Source of the DNA: Vibrio vulnificus CMCP6
Lineage (GTDB): Bacteria > Pseudomonadota > Gammaproteobacteria > Enterobacterales > Vibrionaceae
Direction: 5' to 3'
DNA length: 32,000 bases
Assembly (NCBI RefSeq): GCF_000039765.1
Contig: NC_004459.3
Location: 2,061,127 to 2,093,126, forward strand
Shown here: piece after piece, positions 1 to 8,758 of the stretch
How positions within the stretch are numbered: position 1 is the first letter of the stretch
Layout of the letters: every line of letters starts with the position of its first letter
Notes under the pieces: model-generated
What the model saw: the letters and a program-made list of their open reading frames with translations, nothing else
What the model was told of the DNA's origin: nothing
Databases searched by the model: none
Made by a program: the position numbers and the translations under genes

Positions 1-1611
1 TACTCGAACTTCGTCTGCAACCACCGCAAAGCCGCGGCCTTGCTCGCCCGCACGCGCAGCTTCAATTGCCGCGTTGAGGGCAAGGAGGTTGGTTTGCTCT
101 GCAATGTTGCGAATCACATCGAGAATCGAGCCAATTTGACCACTCATGCGTTGCAATTCAGAAACCGCGCTGACCGACTCGTTTAGGCGAGTCTCCAATT
201 GATTGATGGTGGAGATATTGCTACTCATGATGGTACGGCCAGATTCAGATGCCGATTCCACTTTTTGCACCATTTCCAACGAACCTTGCGCGCTCTGGGC
301 CACTTCTTGAACGGAGTGACTCATTTCGGTCATTGCAGTGGCTACGCTGGCGGTTTGCTCGCGTTGTGCATTCAGTTGGTTTTGCGCGTTGCTCGAGGTA
401 CGTTCATTGTTTGCTGCGGTGTCGGTCAGATTTTCTGCCGCATCATTCAATTTCACCAAAATGTCGTGCAGGCTATCTGCCAGTGTATTGATGTGGCCAC
501 TCACTCGACTGAACTCGTTGTTGTAACGAATTTCGATACGCTGCGTCATATCACCGTTGGCAAGCCCTTCCAAAGTGGAAAGAATACGTGTTAACGGCTC
601 ACGAACGCTGTGGGCAATGTGATAGCCCACAGCGGCGGCAAAAATGGTCACCGCAATGCCAATCACAATCGCTTTGAGCAAGCCTTGGTCGTACACTTCG
701 CCTGCTTCAACCAAAGAGGTGTTGAGGTTGTCGGTTGCTGTTGTAGTAAAGGTTTCCAACAATCGCATCGCAGAGTCAACTTTGACCGCTAGGTTGGCGA
801 TGTTGTCATACAAAGCAGCTTTGGCTTCAAGGTAGCTGGCGTGTTTATCCAACACCCCGCCTTTTTGGCCCACGTCCTGAGTGAACTGCTCGACAGATGC
901 ATTGAACACATCTTTCAGTGATGGCAGTTGGGTAGTGAGGCCACGATAAGCGTAATTAAGGTGAGTGACCGCTTTCTTGTTTTTGTTCACTGCCTTTTTC
1001 ACAAACTCAAGGTCTGAGCTAGCCAAGGCGTCTGAGGTGATCACTTCAGCATCTTTTAACTTAATGAAATAGCTTTTTGCCATCACTTTGACAGAAATGC
1101 TGGATTGGTCATCGACGTACTCTTTCATACCAACCGTCAGTTCGGTGTGAAGTTTTTGGAAGCGACGTGACGATTTTTGCACTTCTGCTTGTGCAGCAAA
1201 CATCGCTTCATAGTTGTTCATTGCTTCATTGGCTTCCGCAAAGTAGCTGTTTTCAATTTCTCTGAGTTGAGCTAAAGACTCTGCGAGTGCAGGGTAGGCC
1301 TTGCTCGCGTTTTCCAGTTCGTTGAGCGTTTGGTTAAACTCAGTTTGCGATCTACCAAATTCGCTGCGCATCTGCGTCATGCGATCTTGGTTCTGCGTGG
1401 TGAGAAAATCTTTAAAAGATTTATCCGCAGATAACAACTCAACACTGGTTTGGTTGGATAACGAAACCAAAGGCAGTGAATTTTTCGAAACGGTTTCGAA
1501 GTTGGAATGAATTTGATTCATGCCATTGGTCATAATGGTGACTGTAACGGCAAACAAGACGATTATCAGCGCGAAGCCGGCATACATCCTTTTAATGACT
1601 GAGCCTTGCAT
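1..1611 (-). CDS. Methyl-accepting chemotaxis protein (N-terminal 537 codons; C-terminus lies beyond the window start)
   Basis: The minus-strand frame is open from ATG (1611-1609) to nt 1 with no stop. It is absent from the ORF track because it is truncated. The translation gives TM1 ([27 protein letters not shown]), a helix-rich periplasmic region of about 270 aa, TM2 ([17 protein letters not shown]) and a HAMP-like segment. The hallmark MCP hairpin-tip motif [35 protein letters not shown] is encoded at nt 1-150. Confidence 0.9.
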   Translation of the reverse strand, partial: MQGSVIKRMYAGFALIIVLFAVTVTIMTNGMNQIHSNFETVSKNSLPLVSLSNQTSVELLSADKSFKDFLTTQNQDRMTQMRSEFGRSQTEFNQTLNELENASKAYPALAESLAQLREIENSYFAEANEAMNNYEAMFAAQAEVQKSSRRFQKLHTELTVGMKEYVDDQSSISVKVMAKSYFIKLKDAEVITSDALASSDLEFVKKAVNKNKKAVTHLNYAYRGLTTQLPSLKDVFNASVEQFTQDVGQKGGVLDKHASYLEAKAALYDNIANLAVKVDSAMRLLETFTTTATDNLNTSLVEAGEVYDQGLLKAIVIGIAVTIFAAAVGYHIAHSVREPLTRILSTLEGLANGDMTQRIEIRYNNEFSRVSGHINTLADSLHDILVKLNDAAENLTDTAANNERTSSNAQNQLNAQREQTASVATAMTEMSHSVQEVAQSAQGSLEMVQKVESASESGRTIMSSNISTINQLETRLNESVSAVSELQRMSGQIGSILDVIRNIAEQTNLLALNAAIEAARAGEQGRGFAVVADEVRV

Positions 1612-1851
1612 ACTTTGAGCCCTCTCCCACATGTAACAAAAGAAAAAAAGAAACGGAACCCGTCTCAAAAAACTAACAAAATTGTCATCATTGTATTGAG
1701 ATTGAGATGAGCATTTTGTGGCGAGGGCTGCAAAAAAGACTTTATAGCAGGATGTTCTGTTGATAATGTTACGTGAACACTGTTTTTTATTGAGATGCAC
1801 ACAACGTTGGCGCATACTTATCCGGTTAAACAGCGACGTTATGGAGTACAC

Positions 1852-2202
1852 ATGGCCGAAGAAACTATCTTTAGCAAAATCATTCGCAAGGAAATTCCTG
1901 CTCAGATCCTTTTCCAAGATGATCTTGTCACCGCATTTCGTGACATCAACCCACGAGCACCGAAGCACATCCTAATTATTCCAAATAAACTCATTCCGAC
2001 AGTGAATGATGTTGAGGCGGATGATGAAGCGATGATGGGCCGCATGTTCACTGTCGCAAAACAGTTGGCCAAAGAAGAGGGCATCGCGGAAGAGGGCTAC
2101 CGTCTCATCGTGAACTGTAATGCGCATGGTGGCCAAGAGGTTTATCACATCCATATGCATTTAGTGGGTGGTAAGCCACTGGGTCCAATGTTATTGGGCT
2201 AA
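1852..2202 (+). CDS. hinT: HIT-family purine nucleoside phosphoramidase (HinT)
   Basis: ATG 1852 lies 5 nt after GGAG (1843-1846) and gives 116 aa. The protein starts [24 protein letters not shown] and carries the histidine triad HIHMHLVGG. It occupies the hinT position of the E. coli hinT-ycfL-lpoB-thiK block. The ORF-track start at 1795 is an upstream in-frame extension. Confidence 0.9.
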   Translation: MAEETIFSKIIRKEIPAQILFQDDLVTAFRDINPRAPKHILIIPNKLIPTVNDVEADDEAMMGRMFTVAKQLAKEEGIAEEGYRLIVNCNAHGGQEVYHIHMHLVGGKPLGPMLLG

Positions 2203-2211
2203 ATGTCAAAC

Positions 2212-2245
2212 AGCGGCCAGTGATTATCTGGCCGCTTTATTTTCG
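2212..2245 (+). terminator. Rho-independent terminator/attenuator after hinT
   Basis: The stem is agcggccag (2212-2220) paired with ctggccgct (2228-2236), with a 7-nt loop. It is followed by TTATTTTCG and begins 10 nt after the hinT stop. Confidence 0.7.
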
Positions 2246-2267
2246 ATGCATTCTCTTGGAGTTACAT

Positions 2268-3662
2268 GTGAAGCAATACCGGAAATTAGTCGGAGTATTT
2301 GCCGCGACCCTGATCATGTCGGGATGCGCCAATATGTCCGCCGGTAACCTTTTCAGCCACTATAGTGAACAAAACCGCTCCGTCTATCAGGCTGTAAAAA
2401 GCGGCGATTACGCGCAAGCGCAAGAATTGCAAAGTGAGGGTGTTGCTGGCGACATTCTCGATAATATGGAAAAAGGACGCATTGCGTTCTTATCGGCAGA
2501 TTACCCCGAAAGTAAGAAAGCGCTAGAAGCAAGCGACATGGCGGTGAGAAAGTGGCAAGATTTGGCCAAAGTGTCTTTATCACAAACGGCAACCAGTGTG
2601 GGTTCGCTGGCGGTCAACGATAATCTCAACAACTACACACCGGCAGATTACGAACTGGGCTTTCTCCATTTGTATCTCGGTTTGAACTACCTTCAGCAGA
2701 ACAGCTTGGAGGGTGCATTGGTTGAAATGCGTCGTGCCAACCAAGTTCAGGAAGCCGCGCGTAAAGCGCGTGAAGACGATCTCCAGTCTGCTGAGCGTGA
2801 TATGCAAAAAAATGGCATGTCGACCAACTTGGGCAGCGTGTTGGCGAATTACCCCGATGCGGGGAAAACCTTACAATCGGTGCAAAATGGCTATCTGTTT
2901 TTCCTCTCGGGTCTTTTGTATGAAGCCTCAAAAGATCTCAATGGTGCTTATGTTGACTACCGCAGAGCCTTGGCGGTGAGTCCTAATAACCCTGCGGTTA
3001 TTGAAAGAACCATGCTGGTGGCGAAAAAGCTGGGCATGCGTGAAGATTTGGCCAAATTAGAAAAACGCTACGGTAAGCAAAACGACACCTTGGCGGGTGA
3101 ACAAGGCCGCGTGATTGTTATTGAAGAACAAGGGGTTGTTGAAGCGCTCCAAGGCTGGCGAATAGATTTACCTGTCTATGACAGTCGAGGCGTTGGAGCG
3201 CTGTATTCTCTCGCGCTACCTTATTACCCAAGCCAAAATTATCAGCGCTTTTCCCCATTACGTTTGAATCAACAGAAACTGGAAAGCCAGTTGTTGGCCG
3301 ATGTCGATCAGATGGCGAAGTACGACTTAAGTAAGCGTTTGCCTTCGATGGTGATTCGCCAGGCATTGCGTGTGGTGGCCAAAGATCAATTGCGTAAAGA
3401 AGCCGCCAAGGGCGATGACGTCGGCAATCTGTTGTTTAATGTTTGGAACGCGTTAACAGAGCAACCGGATACTCGTAGCTGGCAAACTTTACCAGCAAGA
3501 GTCAATGTAATGAGTGAAGTGGTCTCATCGGGTGAGCAAACATTGACATCCGGTGACAAAGATTACCAGTTCATGGTCGCAGACAAACAGACGACTTTGG
3601 TCTGGATTTCCCGTCAGGGAACTCACCAAACCATATGGCACAAACAATTAGGGAGGCTGTAA
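2268..3662 (+). CDS. Large lipoprotein with TPR-like helical repeats, function unknown (resembles the COG3014-type proteins I recall next to ycfL/lpoB)
   Basis: GTG 2268 lies 6 nt after GGAG (2258-2261) and gives 464 aa. The N-terminus VKQYRKLVGVFAATLIMSG|C is a signal peptide with a lipobox. Helical repeat-like stretches include LEGALVEMRRANQ and LNGAYVDYRRALAVSPNNP. The ORF-track start at 2220 falls inside the hinT terminator hairpin. The stop overlaps the next ATG (TAATG). Confidence 0.8.
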   Translation: MKQYRKLVGVFAATLIMSGCANMSAGNLFSHYSEQNRSVYQAVKSGDYAQAQELQSEGVAGDILDNMEKGRIAFLSADYPESKKALEASDMAVRKWQDLAKVSLSQTATSVGSLAVNDNLNNYTPADYELGFLHLYLGLNYLQQNSLEGALVEMRRANQVQEAARKAREDDLQSAERDMQKNGMSTNLGSVLANYPDAGKTLQSVQNGYLFFLSGLLYEASKDLNGAYVDYRRALAVSPNNPAVIERTMLVAKKLGMREDLAKLEKRYGKQNDTLAGEQGRVIVIEEQGVVEALQGWRIDLPVYDSRGVGALYSLALPYYPSQNYQRFSPLRLNQQKLESQLLADVDQMAKYDLSKRLPSMVIRQALRVVAKDQLRKEAAKGDDVGNLLFNVWNALTEQPDTRSWQTLPARVNVMSEVVSSGEQTLTSGDKDYQFMVADKQTTLVWISRQGTHQTIWHKQLGRL

Positions 3663-4051
3663 TGAGAGCTTGGATTATTTCGGCATTGGTTTTGCTTGGC
3701 TTAGCAGGCTGTGCAGAGAATACGGCGGGAATGCGAGTCGATGGTGAAACGCAACACGTCTTTTTCCATGACAATGTATTGGGTGGCAGACTATTGGTCG
3801 ATGACATCGCCACGACGCAAGTGGATGATCGCGCCCGTGCGGTTGTGCGTCTAACCAGCAATTTTAAAGGCGATCAGAACATCCTTTATCGCTTTGCTTG
3901 GTACGATGACAACGGCCTAGAAGTGAACACCAAGCCAGGCCCTTGGCGTCAAGCCATTGTGCGTGGTTTTGAATCTATTACCCTTTCGGAAGTAACGGTG
4001 AATCCGAATGGCACTCAATATCGCTTGCAAATCCGTGCAGCAAATGAATAA
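3662..4051 (+). CDS. ycfL: YcfL-family (DUF1425) lipoprotein
   Basis: ATG 3662 follows GGGAGG (3651-3656) and overlaps the upstream stop. The N-terminus MRAWIISALVLLGLAG|C contains a lipobox. The motif YRFAWYDDNGLE closely matches E. coli YcfL YRFYWYDARGLE. The gene sits directly upstream of lpoB, as in E. coli. Confidence 0.8.
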   Translation: MRAWIISALVLLGLAGCAENTAGMRVDGETQHVFFHDNVLGGRLLVDDIATTQVDDRARAVVRLTSNFKGDQNILYRFAWYDDNGLEVNTKPGPWRQAIVRGFESITLSEVTVNPNGTQYRLQIRAANE

Positions 4052-4069
4052 AAAATGTGAGGACTAAAA

Positions 4070-4660
4070 ATGAATAAAGGTGTTGTCGCCTTACTAGGCT
4101 TAGCTGTTTTACTGGGTGGTTGTTCTAACCGAGTTTCTTATGGTGATGCGCAAGCTACTGAAACCACTACCATCGACTTTGGTTCGACGGACTTACAAAC
4201 CATCGCCGGTCAAATGGTGGATAGTATGATGATGTCTGGCTCTGTGGCGGCGATTACGCGCGACAGTCGCCCAATTGTGTTTGTTGAACGCATTAAAAAC
4301 AAAACCAGTGAGCATATTGATACGGAATCCATCACCGACACTATTTCAACCAAAATGCTTAACTCAGGTAAGTTCCGTTTTGTCGACATGGATCGCGTAG
4401 AAGCGGTACGTGAACAACTGAACTTCCAAAACAATGATGAGCTTGTGAACCAATCTACCGCGATTCAGTTTGGTAAAATGGTTGGCGCTCAGTACATGTT
4501 ATACGGTAATTTGTCGAGCATCGTGAAAAACGACGGTAGCGACAAAGACGTGTACTACAAAATGACCATGCGCTTGATGGATCTGGAAACCGGTTTAATT
4601 GAGTGGGCGGATGAAACTGAAATCCGTAAGCAGCAGTCTAAGAGCTTGTTAGGACTATAA
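4070..4660 (+). CDS. lpoB: Penicillin-binding protein 1B activator lipoprotein LpoB
   Basis: ATG 4070 follows GAGGA (4059-4063). The N-terminus MNKGVVALLGLAVLLGG|CSN contains a lipobox. The 196-aa length, the sequence character (for example GSTDLQTIAGQMVDSMM and NKTSEHIDTESITD) and the ycfL-lpoB-thiK synteny all fit LpoB (YcfM). Confidence 0.85.
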   Translation: MNKGVVALLGLAVLLGGCSNRVSYGDAQATETTTIDFGSTDLQTIAGQMVDSMMMSGSVAAITRDSRPIVFVERIKNKTSEHIDTESITDTISTKMLNSGKFRFVDMDRVEAVREQLNFQNNDELVNQSTAIQFGKMVGAQYMLYGNLSSIVKNDGSDKDVYYKMTMRLMDLETGLIEWADETEIRKQQSKSLLGL

Positions 4661-4677
4661 ACAATGTGAGGTCACCT

Positions 4678-5553
4678 ATGGCATGGTTTTCTTGGCAACA
4701 GGCAAAACAACTGGATCCGAGTTTAAACGCGGTAGGTGACTTTTTTGTACCCGCACCCATGCAGGTACAAACAGTGACTGGTGGTTTAACCAACCGATGT
4801 TGGAAAATCAACGATCACGCAGGCAAATCTTACGTTTGGAGGCCGGCAAGCAAAGTTTGTCAGGCCTTTTCTATCTCTCGCTACAGTGAATACCAAATTC
4901 TCAATGCCATTGCCGATTTAAAACTCGGCCCCAAGCCTGTGCTGGTCAATGAGCATGGCGTCTTAGTGGAATGGCTAGAAGGTGAGACGATGCGTGATGG
5001 GGTTGCGCCCGACACCTTACTCAAAACCGCGATCAAAATTCATCAGTTTGATGCTCACACCTTACCTTTAGCACCGTTTAGTTATACCGCTCGAGTGGAT
5101 CACTATTGGATGCAATTGGAAGGGAAATATCTGGGCAGCGAATATGAAAACCTTTACCAACAGTGGCGCAGTGCTCCATCTGTCACTCCACTTCCCGTTG
5201 CCCTTTGTCATTTCGATTTAGGTGGATACAACATGGTGAAAGGGCCGGACGGGGTAAAAGTGATCGATTGGGAATACGCGGCATTGGCGGATCCTCGCTT
5301 AGATTTAACTCTGACGATTCAGCTATCCGGTGAAGATTGGTTCGAAATGGTCTGCCGTTACTGCCAACTTCGCGAGATTGACGAGGTTGAGGTGTGGATT
5401 GAGGGGGTTAAAGCATGGCAACCAAGAACCACTATGATGGCCATGTTGTGGTATCTGCTTGCACACAAAATCTGGGGTGATGATGAATATTTGCTCACTG
5501 CCAAACAAATGCTTCACTCATTATGCCATGAGGATCACTGTTTGCACGGTTGA
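4678..5553 (+). CDS. thiK: Thiamine kinase-like phosphotransferase (APH/choline-kinase fold)
   Basis: ATG 4678 follows GAGG (4668-4671). Catalytic motifs are present: HFDLGGYN (HxDxxxxN) and IDWEYA (DxE). It occupies the position of E. coli thiK (ycfN) after lpoB. The ORF-track GTG 4666 overlaps the RBS. Confidence 0.65.
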   Translation: MAWFSWQQAKQLDPSLNAVGDFFVPAPMQVQTVTGGLTNRCWKINDHAGKSYVWRPASKVCQAFSISRYSEYQILNAIADLKLGPKPVLVNEHGVLVEWLEGETMRDGVAPDTLLKTAIKIHQFDAHTLPLAPFSYTARVDHYWMQLEGKYLGSEYENLYQQWRSAPSVTPLPVALCHFDLGGYNMVKGPDGVKVIDWEYAALADPRLDLTLTIQLSGEDWFEMVCRYCQLREIDEVEVWIEGVKAWQPRTTMMAMLWYLLAHKIWGDDEYLLTAKQMLHSLCHEDHCLHG

Positions 5554-5733
5554 GACAAGTTCGCACTTTAAACCCTTGTAATTCGTGGTAGATTGAAAGC
5601 ATTAATCAAGTCACTCCAAGATGCACTGTTTGCGCTGCGTGTTATCGCCCGTTGCCCACACTGTGTTGCTGTTTGCGAAGGTATGTTGAAGTCACTTGGG
5701 ATAAGTACCAAGAATAGTTAGGGAGAGGTACAC

Positions 5734-6276
5734 ATGATTATCTACCTTCACGGTTTCGACTCAACAAGCCCAGGTAACCACGAAAAAGTATTGCAGCTGC
5801 AGTTTATCGATCCAGACGTGCGTTTCATCAACTACAGCACGCTTCATCCGAAGCACGATATGCAGCACTTGTTAAAAGAAGTTCATAAAGCGATTGAACA
5901 ATCAAACGATCCTGAACCGATTATTTGTGGCGTTGGTCTCGGTGGTTATTGGTCAGAACGCATCGGTTTTCTTTGCGGTATCAAGCAAGTCATTTTTAAC
6001 CCTAATCTTCATCCAGAAAACAATATGGCAGGTCGCATTGACCGTCCGGAAGAGTATGAAGATATTGCAACCAAATGTGTCGAACAGTTTCGTATGAAGA
6101 ACAAAGGGCGCTGTTTAGTGATCTTGTCACGTGATGATGAAATCCACGACAACAGTAAAACAGCACAAGCGCTTGAGAATTACTACGAAGTGGTTTGGGA
6201 TGACAAAGAAACCCATAAATTCAAAAAGATATCTCAGCACTTGCAGAAGATGAAAGCATTTAAAGAAAACAACTGA
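5734..6276 (+). CDS. ycfP: UPF0227 alpha/beta-hydrolase family protein YcfP
   Basis: The 180-aa protein starts [29 protein letters not shown]. It is nearly colinear with E. coli YcfP as I recall it. GGGAGAGG lies upstream of the ATG. Confidence 0.9.
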   Translation: MIIYLHGFDSTSPGNHEKVLQLQFIDPDVRFINYSTLHPKHDMQHLLKEVHKAIEQSNDPEPIICGVGLGGYWSERIGFLCGIKQVIFNPNLHPENNMAGRIDRPEEYEDIATKCVEQFRMKNKGRCLVILSRDDEIHDNSKTAQALENYYEVVWDDKETHKFKKISQHLQKMKAFKENN

Positions 6277-6317
6277 GCGCTTTTATCGCCTCATTTGAAC
6301 CTCTAAATCCGACACAC

Positions 6318-6347
6318 AAGCACCTAGCGATAGGTGCTTTTTCTTTA
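6318..6347 (+). terminator. Rho-independent terminator after ycfP
   Basis: The stem is aagcaccta (6318-6326) paired with taggtgctt (6331-6339), with loop gcga. A T-rich run TTTCTTTATC follows. Confidence 0.75.
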
Positions 6348-6450
6348 TCTGTTATAGGGGCTACAAAAGCGCCATGCGATGTCGATGCTTTGTTTTGAGG
6401 TGAGAGCAGTAGAAAACATCACCATTCCGTATGGGTAGTAAGGATTTTTG

Positions 6451-6478
6451 TTGCGGTTGTGATTTCGCGCTATATAAT
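6451..6478 (+). promoter_or_regulatory. Candidate sigma70 promoter upstream of ndh
   Basis: TTGCGG (6451-6456), a 16-nt spacer and a perfect TATAAT (6473-6478). This rests on pattern matching only. It would give a leader of about 235 nt, so other promoters are possible. Confidence 0.3.
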
Positions 6479-6496
6479 GAACCACTATAAAATAAT

Positions 6497-6510
6497 TTGA
6501 TAAATATCAA
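6497..6510. promoter_or_regulatory. Perfect FNR-type box TTGAT-N4-ATCAA in the ndh control region
   Basis: The sequence TTGATAAATATCAA is a 10/10 match to the FNR consensus half-sites. It lies 211 nt upstream of the ndh GTG. E. coli ndh is a classic FNR-repressed gene. Confidence 0.55.
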
Positions 6511-6720
6511 AAAAAATTGAGAGCGAGTAAAAAAACTTGCCCAATTCGTATTGTCGAGGTGATCTCCAATACGCTTTTATCCAAACGTTAAATGCCCTTT
6601 GATAACCCTGAACAGAACGTTCACAAGCACAAGATTTCTCTGTAGGACGCGTTACTGGTGATAACACCGAATGACCCGTCGTGCAGGACCCTTTTTATTA
6701 TTTTGTAGAGGATTATCACT

Positions 6721-8010
6721 GTGACACGAATTATCGTTGTTGGTGGCGGTGCTGGTGGCCTAGAGTTGGCAACCAAATTAGGTCGCACATTAGGTCGTAA
6801 AAGACGTGCTCAAATCACCCTAGTGGATCGCAAGGCGAGCCATTTATGGAAGCCATTGCTGCATGAAGTGGCGACAGGCTCTCTGGATGAAGGGGTTGAT
6901 GCGCTAAGCTACCGTGCTCATGCCAAAAACCACTGTTTCGATTTCCAAATGGGCAGCCTAGAGAACATCGACCGTGAACGTAAGGTTGTGATTCTAAGTG
7001 AATTAAAAGACGAGCACGGTGAGCTATTGATGCCAAGCCGTGAGCTCGAATACGATCTCTTGGTTCTCGCGATTGGCTCAACATCAAATGACTTCAACAC
7101 CCCAGGTGTACGTGAGCACTGTATCTTCCTTGATAGTCCAGAGCAGGCGCACCGTTTCCGTCATGAAATGAACAACGAATTCCTTAAGCTGCACGCCAAA
7201 AATGGCCATGGCACCGTCGACATCGCGATTGTTGGTGCTGGCGCGACGGGGGTTGAGCTTTCTGCGGAATTGCACAATGCCATTAAAGAGCTGCGCACTT
7301 ACGGTTTTGGCGATCTCGATTCCAGCAAACTAAACGTCAACCTTGTCGAAGCGGGCGAACGAATTCTTCCTGCATTGCCACCGCGCATTTCCTCCGCGGC
7401 ACACAGTGAATTGGTGAAGCTCGGGGTGAATGTTCGTACCGCAACTATGGTGACAAAGGCCGAAGCGGATGGCTTGACCACCAAAGATGGAGAGAAGATC
7501 CCAGCGCAAATCATGGTTTGGGCGGCGGGTATTAAAGCGCCTGATTTCATGAAAGACATTGCGGGCTTGGAAACCAACCGCATTAACCAGCTCGTAGTGA
7601 AAAATACGCTGCAAACTACGCGCGATGACAATATTTTCGTGATCGGTGATTTGGCTCAGTGTACTCAAGCGGATGGCAAGTTTGTGCCGCCACGTGCGCA
7701 AGCTGCGCACCAAATGGCGAGCCATGCGTTTAGCAACATCATCGCCAAACTCAATGGCCGTGAGCTGAAAGATTACGTGTATAAAGATCATGGTTCATTG
7801 GTTTCACTCAGCCGCTTCTCTACCGTGGGCAGCTTAATGGGCAACCTGACCAAAGGTTCAATGATGGTGGAAGGCCGTATCGCGCGCGTTGTGTACATTT
7901 CGCTGTACCGCATGCATCAAATGGCGCTACACGGTATTTTCAAAACGGGTTTGATGATGTTGGTTGGTCGTATCAACCGCGTATTACGTCCAAACTTGAA
8001 ACTTCACTAA
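6721..8010 (+). CDS. ndh: Type II NADH dehydrogenase (NDH-2)
   Basis: GTG start 9 nt after AGAGGA, giving 429 aa. There are two dinucleotide-binding motifs, [12 protein letters not shown] and [15 protein letters not shown]. The sequence is colinear with E. coli Ndh through the C-terminal RPxLKLH. Confidence 0.95.
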   Translation: MTRIIVVGGGAGGLELATKLGRTLGRKRRAQITLVDRKASHLWKPLLHEVATGSLDEGVDALSYRAHAKNHCFDFQMGSLENIDRERKVVILSELKDEHGELLMPSRELEYDLLVLAIGSTSNDFNTPGVREHCIFLDSPEQAHRFRHEMNNEFLKLHAKNGHGTVDIAIVGAGATGVELSAELHNAIKELRTYGFGDLDSSKLNVNLVEAGERILPALPPRISSAAHSELVKLGVNVRTATMVTKAEADGLTTKDGEKIPAQIMVWAAGIKAPDFMKDIAGLETNRINQLVVKNTLQTTRDDNIFVIGDLAQCTQADGKFVPPRAQAAHQMASHAFSNIIAKLNGRELKDYVYKDHGSLVSLSRFSTVGSLMGNLTKGSMMVEGRIARVVYISLYRMHQMALHGIFKTGLMMLVGRINRVLRPNLKLH

Positions 8011-8037
8011 TTGAAATACGAAGTGACGAACTGACCC

Positions 8038-8063
8038 AAAAGGAGCCAACGAGCTCCTTTTTT
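8038..8063. terminator. Bidirectional terminator between convergent ndh and the acetyltransferase gene
   Basis: The stem is aaaaggagc (8038-8046) paired with gctcctttt (8053-8061). The A-tract on one side and T-tract on the other would allow function on both strands. Confidence 0.7.
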
Positions 8064-8095
8064 AATGGCTGATATTTCTCCCATTCGTGTCAGTA

Positions 8096-8644
8096 TTAAT
8101 GCATATCTTGGGGAATCAATGAATAGACCAAACCATCTTGTGGTTTGTCGTGGAAAACAAAGCGATTACGGGCGATGGTCTCTTGTTTGGCATGGCAAGA
8201 TTCAATCAGTTTCTGGCTAGCTTGGTTATCAATTGCGCACACAATTTCCAATCGAGTTAGTTTGAGTTTGGCAAAGCAAAACTCCGCCAGCGCCCACATG
8301 GCTTCTTTGGCTAGCCCTTGGCGCTGATGATCGTCGGCGATCCAATAACCGAGACTGGCCATGTTGAAGGTGTGGTAAAGCTCATTGATGGCCACCATGC
8401 CAACCAGTTCATCACTGCCTTTGAGAAATATGCCAAACCCATACGCGTCAGCTTTCACCCAGTTCAATCGGGTCATGAGAAGAAAGCTTTGCGCTTCTTT
8501 TTCGCTGTAATTCGGGTGACACCAATCGATCCATTGATGGAGAGAAGTTGAACGACGAATTAACCTCGCCAACTCACTCGCACGCTCGGCTTCGATTAAA
8601 CGTAAGGTCACTCGTTGGGTTACGATATGGAAATCGGGACTCAT
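8096..8644 (-). CDS. GNAT-family N-acetyltransferase (RimJ/RimL-like)
   Basis: The 182-aa protein shows a typical Acetyltransf_3 layout. Features include VTLRLIEAERASEL, an acetyl-CoA loop HQRQGLAKEA, and LTRLEIVCAIDNQASQKLIES. Confidence 0.85.
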   Translation of the reverse strand: MSPDFHIVTQRVTLRLIEAERASELARLIRRSTSLHQWIDWCHPNYSEKEAQSFLLMTRLNWVKADAYGFGIFLKGSDELVGMVAINELYHTFNMASLGYWIADDHQRQGLAKEAMWALAEFCFAKLKLTRLEIVCAIDNQASQKLIESCHAKQETIARNRFVFHDKPQDGLVYSLIPQDMH

Positions 8645-8700
8645 GGCAATTCCGTTATAAGCATTTGAGTTAAGTATAAATGATAACTTTGTGAATTGGT

Positions 8701-8736
8701 TGAGAAAAACAAAGCCCCCGACACAGTCGAGGGCTT
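8701..8736 (-). terminator. Rho-independent terminator after the csiV-like gene
   Basis: The minus-strand RNA reads aagccctcgac-tgt-gtcgggggctt, an 11-bp stem with one G.U pair. It is followed by TGTTTTTCTC and begins 22 nt after the stop. Confidence 0.65.
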
Positions 8737-8758
8737 ATGAGCAAAGGGCGTGTAGAGG

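Noticed and set aside
199-835. Several plus-strand ORFs (131, 80, 62, 60 and 63 aa) at the window start.
   Set aside because: They lie antisense to, or out of frame with, the clear MCP coding frame on the minus strand. Their translations are Cys/Arg/His-rich and lack motifs or RBSs. These are typical shadow ORFs.
1715-1744. A possible sigma28 (FliA) promoter for the MCP gene: TAAAG ... GCCACAAA on the minus strand.
   Set aside because: The spacer is about 3 nt longer than the TAAA-N15-GCCGATAA consensus I recall. The -10 element matches only partially. This is not enough to call.
5554-5733. Absence of nagZ between thiK and ycfP relative to E. coli, plus a direct repeat CTGTTTGCG (x2) and a 22-codon ORF in the 180-bp spacer.
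   Set aside because: nagZ is simply located elsewhere in many genomes. There is no gene remnant or frame-disrupted similarity in the spacer. The short ORF has no SD, and the repeat is short.
6485-6667. A 60-aa minus-strand ORF in the ycfP-ndh intergenic region.
   Set aside because: It runs through the AT-rich promoter/FNR-box region. It has no RBS and no plausible protein features.
8096-8644. The GNAT acetyltransferase as the toxin of a GNAT/RHH-type toxin-antitoxin pair.
   Set aside because: There is no small partner ORF on either side; terminators flank it. The sequence looks RimJ/RimL-like (Acetyltransf_3) rather than TacT/AtaT-like.
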